A stretch of 48,516 nucleotides of DNA. Source: Acidobacteriota bacterium (GTDB lineage: Bacteria > Acidobacteriota > Blastocatellia > UBA7656). The DNA lies in contig JANMSG010001169.1 in assembly GCA_031389065.1 (NCBI GenBank), positions 1 to 48,516 of the forward strand. The letters run 5' to 3'. Numbering within the stretch: the stretch's first letter is position 1; every line of letters starts with the position of its first letter. The notes under the pieces are model-generated. The model had not been told where the DNA came from. It saw nothing but the letters and a program-made list of their open reading frames with translations, and ran no database searches. This document shows, in pieces, positions 10,947 to 20,000 of this stretch. The translations under genes and the position numbers were made by a program.

Positions 10947-11720
10947 TTAATCGCCGCTCGTCTTTACGACGGAACGTTCTTTGGAAGGGATTGTGACTTC
11001 GCCGAAAAGAATGTCTGTCAAGCCAAGCCCTTCGCGGCGGTCTATGTCGCGCTCAATCGTCTGAATCTTCACATTATGCTGCTGAATCTGCGTAGCTATC
11101 TTAACCAAATCAGCCGAGCGCATATCTTTGAGTTGCGATTGGAAATTCACCAACTGCGCTTTCATATCCTCTTTTTGCAGCTGTTCGTTTTTGGCTATCT
11201 CTGCGCTCACTTCGGTCATCAAGTCGGCGCGAATCTGTTCAAGTTGTTCTCTGCTGAGTGTCACAGACACAGCCTCTGTACCGCCTGTTGTTGCGCCTTT
11301 AATGTTCACACCCGCTGGTGCGTCTTTGCGCAATAAATCTGCGTGATATGAAACTCCGTCTTTACCAATCTTGATGTCCGTCCCAAGCACTGCAAGTATA
11401 AGCATAGCCGCTGCGACTGCGCCCAGTCCTTTTGCCCAAAGCGGCATAATCGTGAACAACTCTTTGAGCAGAGCCAGCGCCGATTTGCGAGGTTGTGCGG
11501 CGGTTTCTGCAACCAATCGCACATTCGGCACTTCGTCAAACTGCCATTGTTGCAAAGACTCGCGCACGCCCTCGAAAGCCGAAAGCTCTTGTCTGCATGA
11601 AGCGCACTCAATCAAATGCGACTCGAATCGCAGGCTCTCTTGCGGTGCTGTTTCGCCATAAAGGTAGGTGACGAGCAACTCGTGCATCTTGCAATTTGGG
11701 GTATTATTTTGTTGAGTCAT
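10947..11720 (-). CDS. anti-sigma factor (zf-HC2 type) with one TM helix and an extracytoplasmic coiled coil
   Basis: N-terminal H-x3-C-x2-C motif (HLIECASCRQEL). TM helix LGAVAAAMLILAVLG. Located downstream of the ECF sigma gene. Confidence 0.7.
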   Translation of the reverse strand: MTQQNNTPNCKMHELLVTYLYGETAPQESLRFESHLIECASCRQELSAFEGVRESLQQWQFDEVPNVRLVAETAAQPRKSALALLKELFTIMPLWAKGLGAVAAAMLILAVLGTDIKIGKDGVSYHADLLRKDAPAGVNIKGATTGGTEAVSVTLSREQLEQIRADLMTEVSAEIAKNEQLQKEDMKAQLVNFQSQLKDMRSADLVKIATQIQQHNVKIQTIERDIDRREGLGLTDILFGEVTIPSKERSVVKTSGD

Positions 11721-11829
11721 GATTTCACTTATCTTCCTTTAATTACGGCCAAAGCGGCGGCCCTTACATTTTTCATGAGCCGCGCAAATTGTATAAAGTC
11801 TCCTGAACCGCTTTCCCACAAAAGATGCT

Positions 11830-12441
11830 TCATACAGCTTCGCGTAAATGTGCGAGCCGTTTTTTCAATTCCGTCAACCCTGTATACATTCTGGTTTTCA
11901 CGGTTGACAGTGGTATGCTCAGAATTTCTGCAATTTCGTTAAACTTCAAACCCTCGTATTCCTTCATGATGATAACCTGCCGCATTTCCGCCGGCAGACC
12001 TTGCAAAGCGCGTCGAACATGAATGGTGATCTGCTCCTGCTGGATGTTGCTGCTCAGGTCGTGTTCGTCTGCGGCTAGTTCAAATCCATGTATCTCGTAC
12101 TCCTCTTCAATCGAAAGCATGAATTTGTTGCGGCCTCTGAGCTTGGTGTTACAGATATTCAGAGCAATTCTATAAATCCAGGATGAAAACTTGGCGTCGC
12201 CTCTGAATTTCGACAGATTGCGATACGCCGATAAAAAAGTCTCTTGAGTCGCGTCTTTCGCTTCTTCGTCGCGCCCCAGCATTCTGAGCGTCAAGCCATA
12301 GATATGACGCTCCCAGCGGCGCACAAGAACATTGAATGCTTCCGGCTCTCCGCCTAACGTGCGCTCAATAATTTGCGTATCATTTAAATCCAAGTTACAC
12401 TCGCGCCACCACTGAAAATTGAATCCCCATCCGTACAGCAT
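11830..12441 (-). CDS. ECF-type RNA polymerase sigma-70 family factor
   Basis: Region 2 (FNVLVRRWERHIYGLTLRMLGRDEEAKDATQETFLSAYRNL) and region 4 (EYEGLKFNEIAEILSIPLSTVKTRMYTGL). The true start may be internal to the ORF. Confidence 0.85.
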   Translation of the reverse strand: MLYGWGFNFQWWRECNLDLNDTQIIERTLGGEPEAFNVLVRRWERHIYGLTLRMLGRDEEAKDATQETFLSAYRNLSKFRGDAKFSSWIYRIALNICNTKLRGRNKFMLSIEEEYEIHGFELAADEHDLSSNIQQEQITIHVRRALQGLPAEMRQVIIMKEYEGLKFNEIAEILSIPLSTVKTRMYTGLTELKKRLAHLREAV

Positions 12442-12679
12442 TATAGACTGAGCGACAGGAAAAAAAGTCGGTTTTTTTCTTAGCTCTTAGTTTTTAACAA
12501 TTCCCTTCTCCTTATTTCTTGTATGCTGAAAGCTAAAAATTCTGACGCCATTAAATAAAAGCTATGGACGAGAGGTCAAGGACCAATCTTCATTGCTATG
12601 GTGGTGAGAGAGCATTATTATAGATATGCCGTTTATTGAACCACCGCGCATTTTTATTGCTAAGTTAATAAAGGGCAAC

Positions 12680-12744
12680 GGAAATCTTCATCCCATTAAC
12701 AAGGTGTTTTTGGAAATCTTCATCCCATTTAACAAAGTATTTTT
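12680..12744 (+). repeat. tandem 32/33-bp direct repeat in the divergent intergenic region
   Basis: GGAAATCTTCATCCCATTAACAAGGTGTTTTT (12680-12711) is followed directly by GGAAATCTTCATCCCATTTAACAAAGTATTTTT (12712-12744). It lies 36 nt upstream of the SYLF gene ATG. Confidence 0.9.
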
Positions 12745-12780
12745 ATTTTCAATGAAACTACGACTTGGAGGAACCATCTC

Positions 12781-13479
12781 ATGAAACTCTTTTTGAAATC
12801 TTTCCTGCTGCTATCGGTCTTGTCGCTGACCGCGATTCCGGCAATGAGCCAGGAACGCAAAGATGAATTGCTGCGCTTACAACGCGCTACGCAAGTGTTC
12901 AATGAAATCATGCGTACTCCCGATAAAGGAATCCCTAACGATTTGCTTGATAAAGCCGAATGCGTAGCTATCGTGCCGGGTTTGAAGAAAGGCGGACTAG
13001 GCATTGGTGGACGTTATGGTAAAGGCGTTGTGATGTGCCGTCAACCGGGTAGGAAATGGAGCGCTCCTTCTTTTTTGACTATTGAAGGCGGCAGCGTAGG
13101 TCTGCAAATCGGCTTCCAACAAATTGATCTTGTCATGTTGGTTATGAATCGCGAAGGCATGGAGAAATTGGTCGGCGATAAGTTCACTGTAGGCGCGGAT
13201 GCTTCTGCCGCCGCAGGACCCGTCGGTCGTCAAGCTTCGGCGGAAACCAACATCAGATTGGACGCTCAAATTCTCACTTATTCACGCGCCAAAGGCTTGT
13301 TTGCGGGCGTCACAGTCAACGGCGCAATTGTCAAACAAGACAAAGATGATAACCGCGATTTCTACGGAAAAGAGATGGACGCGCGAGCCATTTTGTTTGA
13401 AGGTACCGTACCAATGCCCGTTGAAGCACAATCGCTGGCGGCAGCACTGTCCCGCGAATCTCCTAAGAAAAAAAGATAA
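12781..13479 (+). CDS. secreted SYLF (Ysc84/DUF500) lipid-binding domain protein
   Basis: Signal peptide MKLFLKSFLLLSVLSLTAIPAMSQ. CVAIVPGLKKGGLGIGGRYGKGV and GGSVGLQIG...GADASAAAGPVGR match the SYLF pattern. SD GGAGG upstream. Confidence 0.75.
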   Translation: MKLFLKSFLLLSVLSLTAIPAMSQERKDELLRLQRATQVFNEIMRTPDKGIPNDLLDKAECVAIVPGLKKGGLGIGGRYGKGVVMCRQPGRKWSAPSFLTIEGGSVGLQIGFQQIDLVMLVMNREGMEKLVGDKFTVGADASAAAGPVGRQASAETNIRLDAQILTYSRAKGLFAGVTVNGAIVKQDKDDNRDFYGKEMDARAILFEGTVPMPVEAQSLAAALSRESPKKKR

Positions 13480-13571
13480 ACGATAAACTGTACCAATAAA
13501 AATTTAAGGGCAGGTTTGCAGCCTGCCCTCAAACCTGCCTTATTAAACGGACGCCCTACGCAATACACCAA

Positions 13572-13644
13572 GTTCTCCACAAAGCGGAAACATAAACATT
13601 ATTCTCTGCGTAACCTATGTTCTTTGCGTCTCGGCAGTGAATAC
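13572..13644. repeat. REP-like palindromic element, degenerate copy (family also at 46228-46318)
   Basis: 13604-13644 CTCTGCGTAACCTATGTTCTTTGCGTCTCGGCAGTGAATAC is about 85% identical to the reverse complement of 46228-46270. Confidence 0.7.
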
Positions 13645-13703
13645 ACGGTTTGCATTCGAGCAATCGAAAACTCCGATTCCTTTCACAACGACCCTGTGCC
13701 ATT

Positions 13704-14864
13704 TCAATCCACTTCCTTTTGCAAACGCGACAAACGAAATCTGTCTACTTGATATTTGCTCTTTCCTTCAAGCAATAATTCTGCGGCAAGGCGACCCATG
13801 AGAGGACCGAATTTGAAGCCGTGACCTGAAAAACCTGTTGCCAGCAAAACTCTCTCAAAATCAGGATGCCAATCAATAATAAAATCTTCGTCGGGCGAGT
13901 TGTTATAAATGCAGACATGACTTTTTGTGACGCGAGCGTCGGCAAGCGCGGGGATCACGCGAGCAAAAAACTCGCGGCATTTTTCTATAAATTCATCGCC
14001 GACTTTTTCATCGAAAGCGTAAGGGTCAATGGTTTCGCCTCTCAGGTGATTGCCTACCTTCATCGCTCCATTGTGAGGAATCGGAAAGCCGTAAAACCCC
14101 GAATCCATCTCTATGAAGATAGGGAATTCGCCGATGTCAAAATTCGTTTTAGAATGATTGGCAGACTTTCTGTTTTCCATCACAGGCTCAAAGTAAACGA
14201 CCTCTTGTCGCGTAGTCGTGAGTAGACTGGCGAAATCAGGGAGCAATTTTCGCGTCCAGGGACCTGAGGCAATCAACACTTTTTCACAGGTCCATTCGCT
14301 CCCGGTTTGGCTGCGAATCAACGTCCCTCTGGCGTTTGGCTCTATGGCAACGACGCGCTCATTTTCAAAAACATCTGCGCCGAACTTCTGCGCCAGATTG
14401 ATTGATACTTGCACAGCTTTGTCAGCATAAAGCACCCCGCCGCTCGGATCGAAAACCGCGAAAGGAATCGCATCTTTGTTGAACTGTGGAAATCGCTCGG
14501 CAATTTCTTCCCCATTGAGCATCTCCGCTTCCAGCCCAAGCGAGTGCAATGCCTCATAAGTCTGCGTTTCAAACGAGTCTGCTTTGTTGCCTAACATCAA
14601 GAGTCCCGCCTCATCAAGCAAGCGCCTTCCCACTGCTTCTTCAAGCGCACGCCATAGCGCCAGAGCGTCAACAGCCATTTGCACATAAAGCGGGTCGGGA
14701 TAAGCGAAGCGAAAAATTTTTGAATAATCTACGGATGCGCCTTGTGGGTTGGGCAAAGATGCTTGATCAATCAACGCGACACTTGCGCCCCTGCGAGCCA
14801 ATTCGTAAGCCGCAGACGCGCCCATGATTCCTGACCCAATGATTGCCACATCGTAAATTTTCAT
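13704..14864 (-). CDS. FAD-dependent oxidoreductase (DAO family, monomeric sarcosine oxidase / N-methyltryptophan oxidase-like)
   Basis: MKIYDVAIIGSGIMGASAAYELARRG dinucleotide fold. C-terminal GFSGHGFKFGPLMG. Start set at ATG 14864; the ORF is open to 14933. Confidence 0.85.
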   Translation of the reverse strand: MKIYDVAIIGSGIMGASAAYELARRGASVALIDQASLPNPQGASVDYSKIFRFAYPDPLYVQMAVDALALWRALEEAVGRRLLDEAGLLMLGNKADSFETQTYEALHSLGLEAEMLNGEEIAERFPQFNKDAIPFAVFDPSGGVLYADKAVQVSINLAQKFGADVFENERVVAIEPNARGTLIRSQTGSEWTCEKVLIASGPWTRKLLPDFASLLTTTRQEVVYFEPVMENRKSANHSKTNFDIGEFPIFIEMDSGFYGFPIPHNGAMKVGNHLRGETIDPYAFDEKVGDEFIEKCREFFARVIPALADARVTKSHVCIYNNSPDEDFIIDWHPDFERVLLATGFSGHGFKFGPLMGRLAAELLLEGKSKYQVDRFRLSRLQKEVD

Positions 14865-15045
14865 AACGGCGATAAGTATGAACGAAGATGAGTTATTTTT
14901 GAACCGGACTGGCGCGACGCAACATAACTTCATCGTTTATGAAACGCTAGCGGCTATTCTTAAACTGACATCATGATAGAATCATTGCGGCTTTGGGCTG
15001 CTCTATAAAATCGTCTTGTTTGTGATTATACATTGAGATAAAACG

Positions 15046-16983
15046 ATGAAAAAAATTCTTGCCTTAGCGTTTTGTTTAGCCTTTATACACTCGGCATTTT
15101 CGATTTTCGCCCAAAGTGCGACCACGCCGCAGAGTAACACGACAAAGCCGATCCATTGGCTTGAGCAGGTTACCTCGCGCGCCGATTTTGACAGGCTTTC
15201 GCGCACCTATTATCGAGGTCGTTTTTACGCCCTGCCGCACATGATGTTCGTCATAGACCGGCGCGCAAAAGACCGTGTCTATTATGTGAACTCAAAAGCC
15301 TATGCGTTTCATAAAGATTTTGTGAACGCGGAATATTTATCACTTGAGCGCGGCAAAGTTTTTTACGAAAACAACTATGCAAATAAAGACAGAAGATTTT
15401 TTCTCGGCACCATTTCATATCAAACAACACTTGATAAATTCACTTTTGAATTTTGGGAAGGCGACAGATTATCGAAAGAATTGCTGACCCAGTGCTATGA
15501 CGCTTTGCGCAAAAGTTTTTTCACAGAGATTTTTTTCAAGCCCAACTCTTTAATTCAAGAAGAAGTTGCAAAAGATATGAACAACGCTTCGGTGAATCGC
15601 CTGGCTGTTATCACCGCAAGCGACCTTGCGAGCAATCAACAATATCAACCGCTCAACCTGGGCGCCAATGTAGGGCAACTTCGCATACTCGAACGCCTGA
15701 CGCCAGAGACAGTGATTGACCGCAATCAAATCGTCATCTTCAAAGAAGTGCCGATTCAACTGACGCCGCTTTCAGGCATTATCACGACCGAAGCCGCATC
15801 GCCGCTATCGCACGTCAATATTCTGGCGAAATCCTGGGGCATTCCGAATGCGCGAATCGCCAACGCCGATAAGCTTTTCAAAGAACTCGAAGGCAAGTAC
15901 GTCCGTCTGGAAATCAACGAGAATGAATACAAACTTCTGCCAGCCAATGCCAAAGAGGTCGAAGCGCGCAATCGTGAATTTATCAAACGCTCTGATTTAG
16001 TCACGCCACCTGCCGACCTGAGTTATGAAAAGCTCACAAATTTGCAAGATCAACGAAAGGCAGACGCAAAACGATTCGGCGCAAAAGCCGCGAATTTAGG
16101 CGAGATGATTAACGCCCACAATCCTAAAATAGTTGTGCCGAAAGGCTTTTCGATTCCCTTTATTCATTACAAAACTTTCTTGATCATCAACAAACTCGAA
16201 GATAAAATCGCCAACGCTGTTGAAGAAGACCGCTTCGTTCACGATCCAGTTTATCGCAAGAAGCGACTCGCAGAAATTCGCCAATGGATTCAACAAGGTA
16301 GGCTCGAAGTTGGCTTTAAAAAAATGCTTGAAGGCAAGGCTTTTGATTTAGGTTTACGCAAAGGCTTGTTTGTGCGAAGTTCCACGAATGCCGAAGACTT
16401 ACCAAATTTTAGTGGCGCGGGACTTTATACAACGGTGCCGAATGTTCGCAATTATGAGCAGCTTTACGAAGCGGTGAAAACCGTCTGGGCTTCGCTTTGG
16501 AATTATGAAGCATACGAAGCGCGCGACAGTTTCGGTATGAATCATTTCGGCGCTTATCCTTCGGTGTTGGTTCAAGAGGGAATTGATGCCGAAAGCGCCG
16601 GTGTGGCGATTACAACAGACCCATTCAATCGCGCCAACAAAGGCGCTGTTTACATCAACGCCAAACGCGGGCTTGGCATGAAAGTCGTCGAAGGTCGCAG
16701 AATTGCAGAGCAAGCTCTGTACACGCCAAGCTCAAATTCAATCAAAGTTTTAACGCGCTCGGATGAAGATACAATGTTGAAGTTCGATGAAAACGGCGGT
16801 GTGAAAGAATTGAAAATTGAACAGCATCGCGCTGTGTTGACAGATGACATGATACGACGGTTGGCTCGCGCGGCGCTGCAAATTAAACGCATCTTCGGCG
16901 GGCGCGATCAAGACATCGAATGGGTTTATGCAAAAGGCCAGCTGTACATCGTTCAATCGCGACCTTATGTTGAAAATAATTAG
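15046..16983 (+). CDS. PEP-utilising-enzyme family phosphotransferase: N-terminal signal peptide, unknown N-domain, swivel phospho-His domain, C-terminal PPDK_N ATP-grasp domain
   Basis: Signal-like MKKILALAFCLAFIHSAFSIFAQ. Swivel motif LSGIITTEAASPLSHVNILAKSWGIPNA (His256, nt 15811-15813). PPDK_N motifs FGAKAANLGEM, VRSSTNAEDLPNFSGAG and DIEWVYAKGQLYIVQSRP. Confidence 0.75.
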   Translation: MKKILALAFCLAFIHSAFSIFAQSATTPQSNTTKPIHWLEQVTSRADFDRLSRTYYRGRFYALPHMMFVIDRRAKDRVYYVNSKAYAFHKDFVNAEYLSLERGKVFYENNYANKDRRFFLGTISYQTTLDKFTFEFWEGDRLSKELLTQCYDALRKSFFTEIFFKPNSLIQEEVAKDMNNASVNRLAVITASDLASNQQYQPLNLGANVGQLRILERLTPETVIDRNQIVIFKEVPIQLTPLSGIITTEAASPLSHVNILAKSWGIPNARIANADKLFKELEGKYVRLEINENEYKLLPANAKEVEARNREFIKRSDLVTPPADLSYEKLTNLQDQRKADAKRFGAKAANLGEMINAHNPKIVVPKGFSIPFIHYKTFLIINKLEDKIANAVEEDRFVHDPVYRKKRLAEIRQWIQQGRLEVGFKKMLEGKAFDLGLRKGLFVRSSTNAEDLPNFSGAGLYTTVPNVRNYEQLYEAVKTVWASLWNYEAYEARDSFGMNHFGAYPSVLVQEGIDAESAGVAITTDPFNRANKGAVYINAKRGLGMKVVEGRRIAEQALYTPSSNSIKVLTRSDEDTMLKFDENGGVKELKIEQHRAVLTDDMIRRLARAALQIKRIFGGRDQDIEWVYAKGQLYIVQSRPYVENN

Positions 16984-17010
16984 CTGACGAAACATTTTCA
17001 ATCTCTCAAA

Positions 17011-20000
17011 ATGAAAACAGGCACAAAACGACAAGTTCATTCAAGAGTTTTTCGATTCGCTCTCGGATCATTCATTTTCGTCATTACAAGCTACGTTGCC
17101 ATTTACAGCAGCGCGCATCAAACGCCTGTGCCTCAAGTTAACACAGCTTCGGTGATAGGGTTTGTGCAAGACGACAAAGGCGCGCCTTTAGAGAAAGTCA
17201 GCGTAACGATTTCGTCGCCAAATTTCTCTGCCTCTGCGTTCACTACGGCTGATGGCAAATTCGAGTTTAAGAATCTGGCGCCAGCGAAATATTTCATCAC
17301 CGCACAAGCCGCCCGCTTCCGAAAAACGCAAACGGCCATCACCATCACCAAGCCCGATGATATCGTGCCGCCCATCACGATTAAGCTCGCGGCATCTTCG
17401 CTACACGTAGCCGTGTATGACGCAAACAATCAATCGTTAGGTGGCGTGATGGTTTCGCTCTATTCGCAAGACAGCGCAACCTCCGGCAATCCCACAGCGC
17501 GAACCGTCACAGATAAAAATGGCGACGCGTATTTCGGGAGGCTTGCGCCCAGCTCTTACACGCTCACGGCGGTCTTGCGCGGCTATGACGAATACCGGAA
17601 TCAGGTTTTTATTTCCTCTGATATCACGACAGACTTTGCGCTACAACTTCTGGTTGCGCCGGTTATTCCAATTAACACGAAAGCCATCGCGCGTTACAGC
17701 ATTCCAAATCTCCCTGCAAAAAATGTTCGCGCGATTTTTCAAGACAGCGAAGGCTGGATGTGGTTCGGCACAGATAAAGGGCTGGCGCGATTCAACGGCG
17801 CGGAGTTCAAATCATCAGCAACCACAGGCTCCGCTTATGCGCGTTTGGCAAACGAAGACGTGCGCTCGATTGCAGAAGACCAAAACGGCCGCATATGGAT
17901 TGCCACACCAGGCGGCGTGAAGCGAATCACCAAAGAAGGCGTGGAAGACGGACAATGGCTGAGTGGCGTTGAGGCACGAAACATCGCTGTTGATGCGGGC
18001 GGCAACGTGTGGGTTGCGACGGCATCGGGCGTTTTCAAATTCGACGGCAAAGATTTAGAAGCGTTTGATGAATCTCGCGGTCTGCCATCAAACGATGTAA
18101 GAGCAATCGCCATTGATAAAAGCGGCAAGGTTTGGATTGCTACAGCAAAAGGCGTGGCCATCCTCGCAGATAATAAAATCCATTTGCTTGAGCCGAAACG
18201 CGACGTTTCCACAGACAATGCCGAACCCTTATCTGTTCAACCAAAACCTGCATCACAGACTGCTACGCAAAAAAAATCAACAGCTTCGCAAACGGTGACA
18301 AATACGGCTCAACAACCTTCGCAGGCTTCTACAGCGAACCCAATGGCGCTTGCAAAAGTAAATGATTTGGACGATGTTCAAAACCTATTTATAGACAAGG
18401 CTGGCGGCGTTTGGCTGGCAACCAACAAAGGCGCGATTTTTATTGAGGCAAACCATACGAACACTTTTGATTTATCGCAGGCGCAAGTAGCCAATGGCTT
18501 GTCCATTCGCGCCATCAGTCAAGACATCGCAGGGCGTATGTGGTTTGCGCTCACAGAGGGCGGCGCGCTGATTTACGATCCCTCAACTCGCGACTCGCAA
18601 CGCATCAGCCTGTTAGAGCAGGATCACATTGCGGCAATCTCAAACGAGCGCGAAGGGTATTTATGGTTCGCTACAGACAATGGCGCAGTCTATGCAGACT
18701 TCTATAGCTTTATCCTTTTCACGACCAGTCGCGGTCTCTCCGACAATGACGTGCATGCGGTTATTGAAGACTCCAGCGCAACAACCGCACAGGCTCATGG
18801 CAACCTCTGGTGCGTCACCTCAACAGGCGCATCGCGTATGCAGGATGAGCGATTCGTTCCTATCGAACGATTCCGCACCAACATCCATATACGCGGCGTT
18901 GCTTTCGACAACACGGGCGCGGCTTGGGTGGCAACAGACCAAGGCGCAATTAAATTCAGCGGAAAAACTTTAGCGCAATTCAGCGAAGGCAACGGCTTGG
19001 CTTCAAACAACATTCGTTATGTGGCGAGCCTTGCAAAAGGCGCGGCGATGGTCTTCGCTACCTCGAAAGGCGCAAGCATCTTTGAGAACGGAGTGTTTCG
19101 CAAGCTCGATGGTTTGGACGGCTACGACGCGCGACAGATATTTGAAGACACGGACGGGCGTTTGTGGTTTGCTACCTCTCGCGGTGTGATGGTTTACAAT
19201 CGGAAAACGGATGTGGCAAAGCTTATTGATACCTCGCGTGGACTCATTGATAATGACACTCGTTGGATCACTCGATACAACGGTGAATTGTTGATAGCCA
19301 CACGCGCCGGTGTGCAAATTTATAATGAGCGACAACAAAGCGCCTCGTCGTTTGACAGCGAACCGGCGAACACAATTTTTGTTGATAGAGACAATTTTTT
19401 GTGGGTAGGGACGGATAACGGGCAGCTCAAAAAAATCGCTGCCGTTCAAAGTCACATTGTTTCGAGCATCTATTCGGGCGAGATTCATTCGCTGACTGCC
19501 AATCGAATCAATTCCATCTCCGAAGACAACGATGGTCATATTTGGATCGCTACGGATAAAGGCGTAGTTCGCCATACACCGATCCGCACAACTCCTTCGA
19601 TTCAAGTGTCGCTCAAAGTCGAAGGTCGTTCGGAAGCGGATTCAGGCTCAGGCAGGGTTGAACTTCCCAACGGACGACAACGCGTTACCTTTCGTCTGAC
19701 AGGCGTAAGCATGAGCAAGCCCGTGCAATATCTTTATCGTATCAACCCGGAAGGCGGAAACGAACGTTGGGAATTGCTGCCTGTTCAAACGGGGCTTGAG
19801 CGGGAGATCCCGTTTTTTGAATTCACTGAAGGCGTGAACACTTTTGAAGTCATGGCGCTCAATCGTGATTTGTATGGAGGGCTGGCGCCGAGCGCTGCGA
19901 TTACCATTTATGTAAACCCGCCGTTTTATAAGAAGTGGTGGTTTTATTTATTCGGGCTTCTCGTCGCAGGATCGGCTACCACAGCCTTTTTCGTGGTTCG

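Noticed and set aside
13516-13752. 78-aa plus-strand ORF
   Set aside because: It spans the REP-like repeat (the peptide ..SLRNLCSLRL.. derives from the repeat) and runs into the end of the convergent FAD-oxidoreductase gene. It is most likely a repeat-generated spurious ORF.
19003-19605. 200-aa minus-strand ORF
   Set aside because: It is antisense within the 1396-aa sensor gene, so it is a shadow ORF with no motifs.
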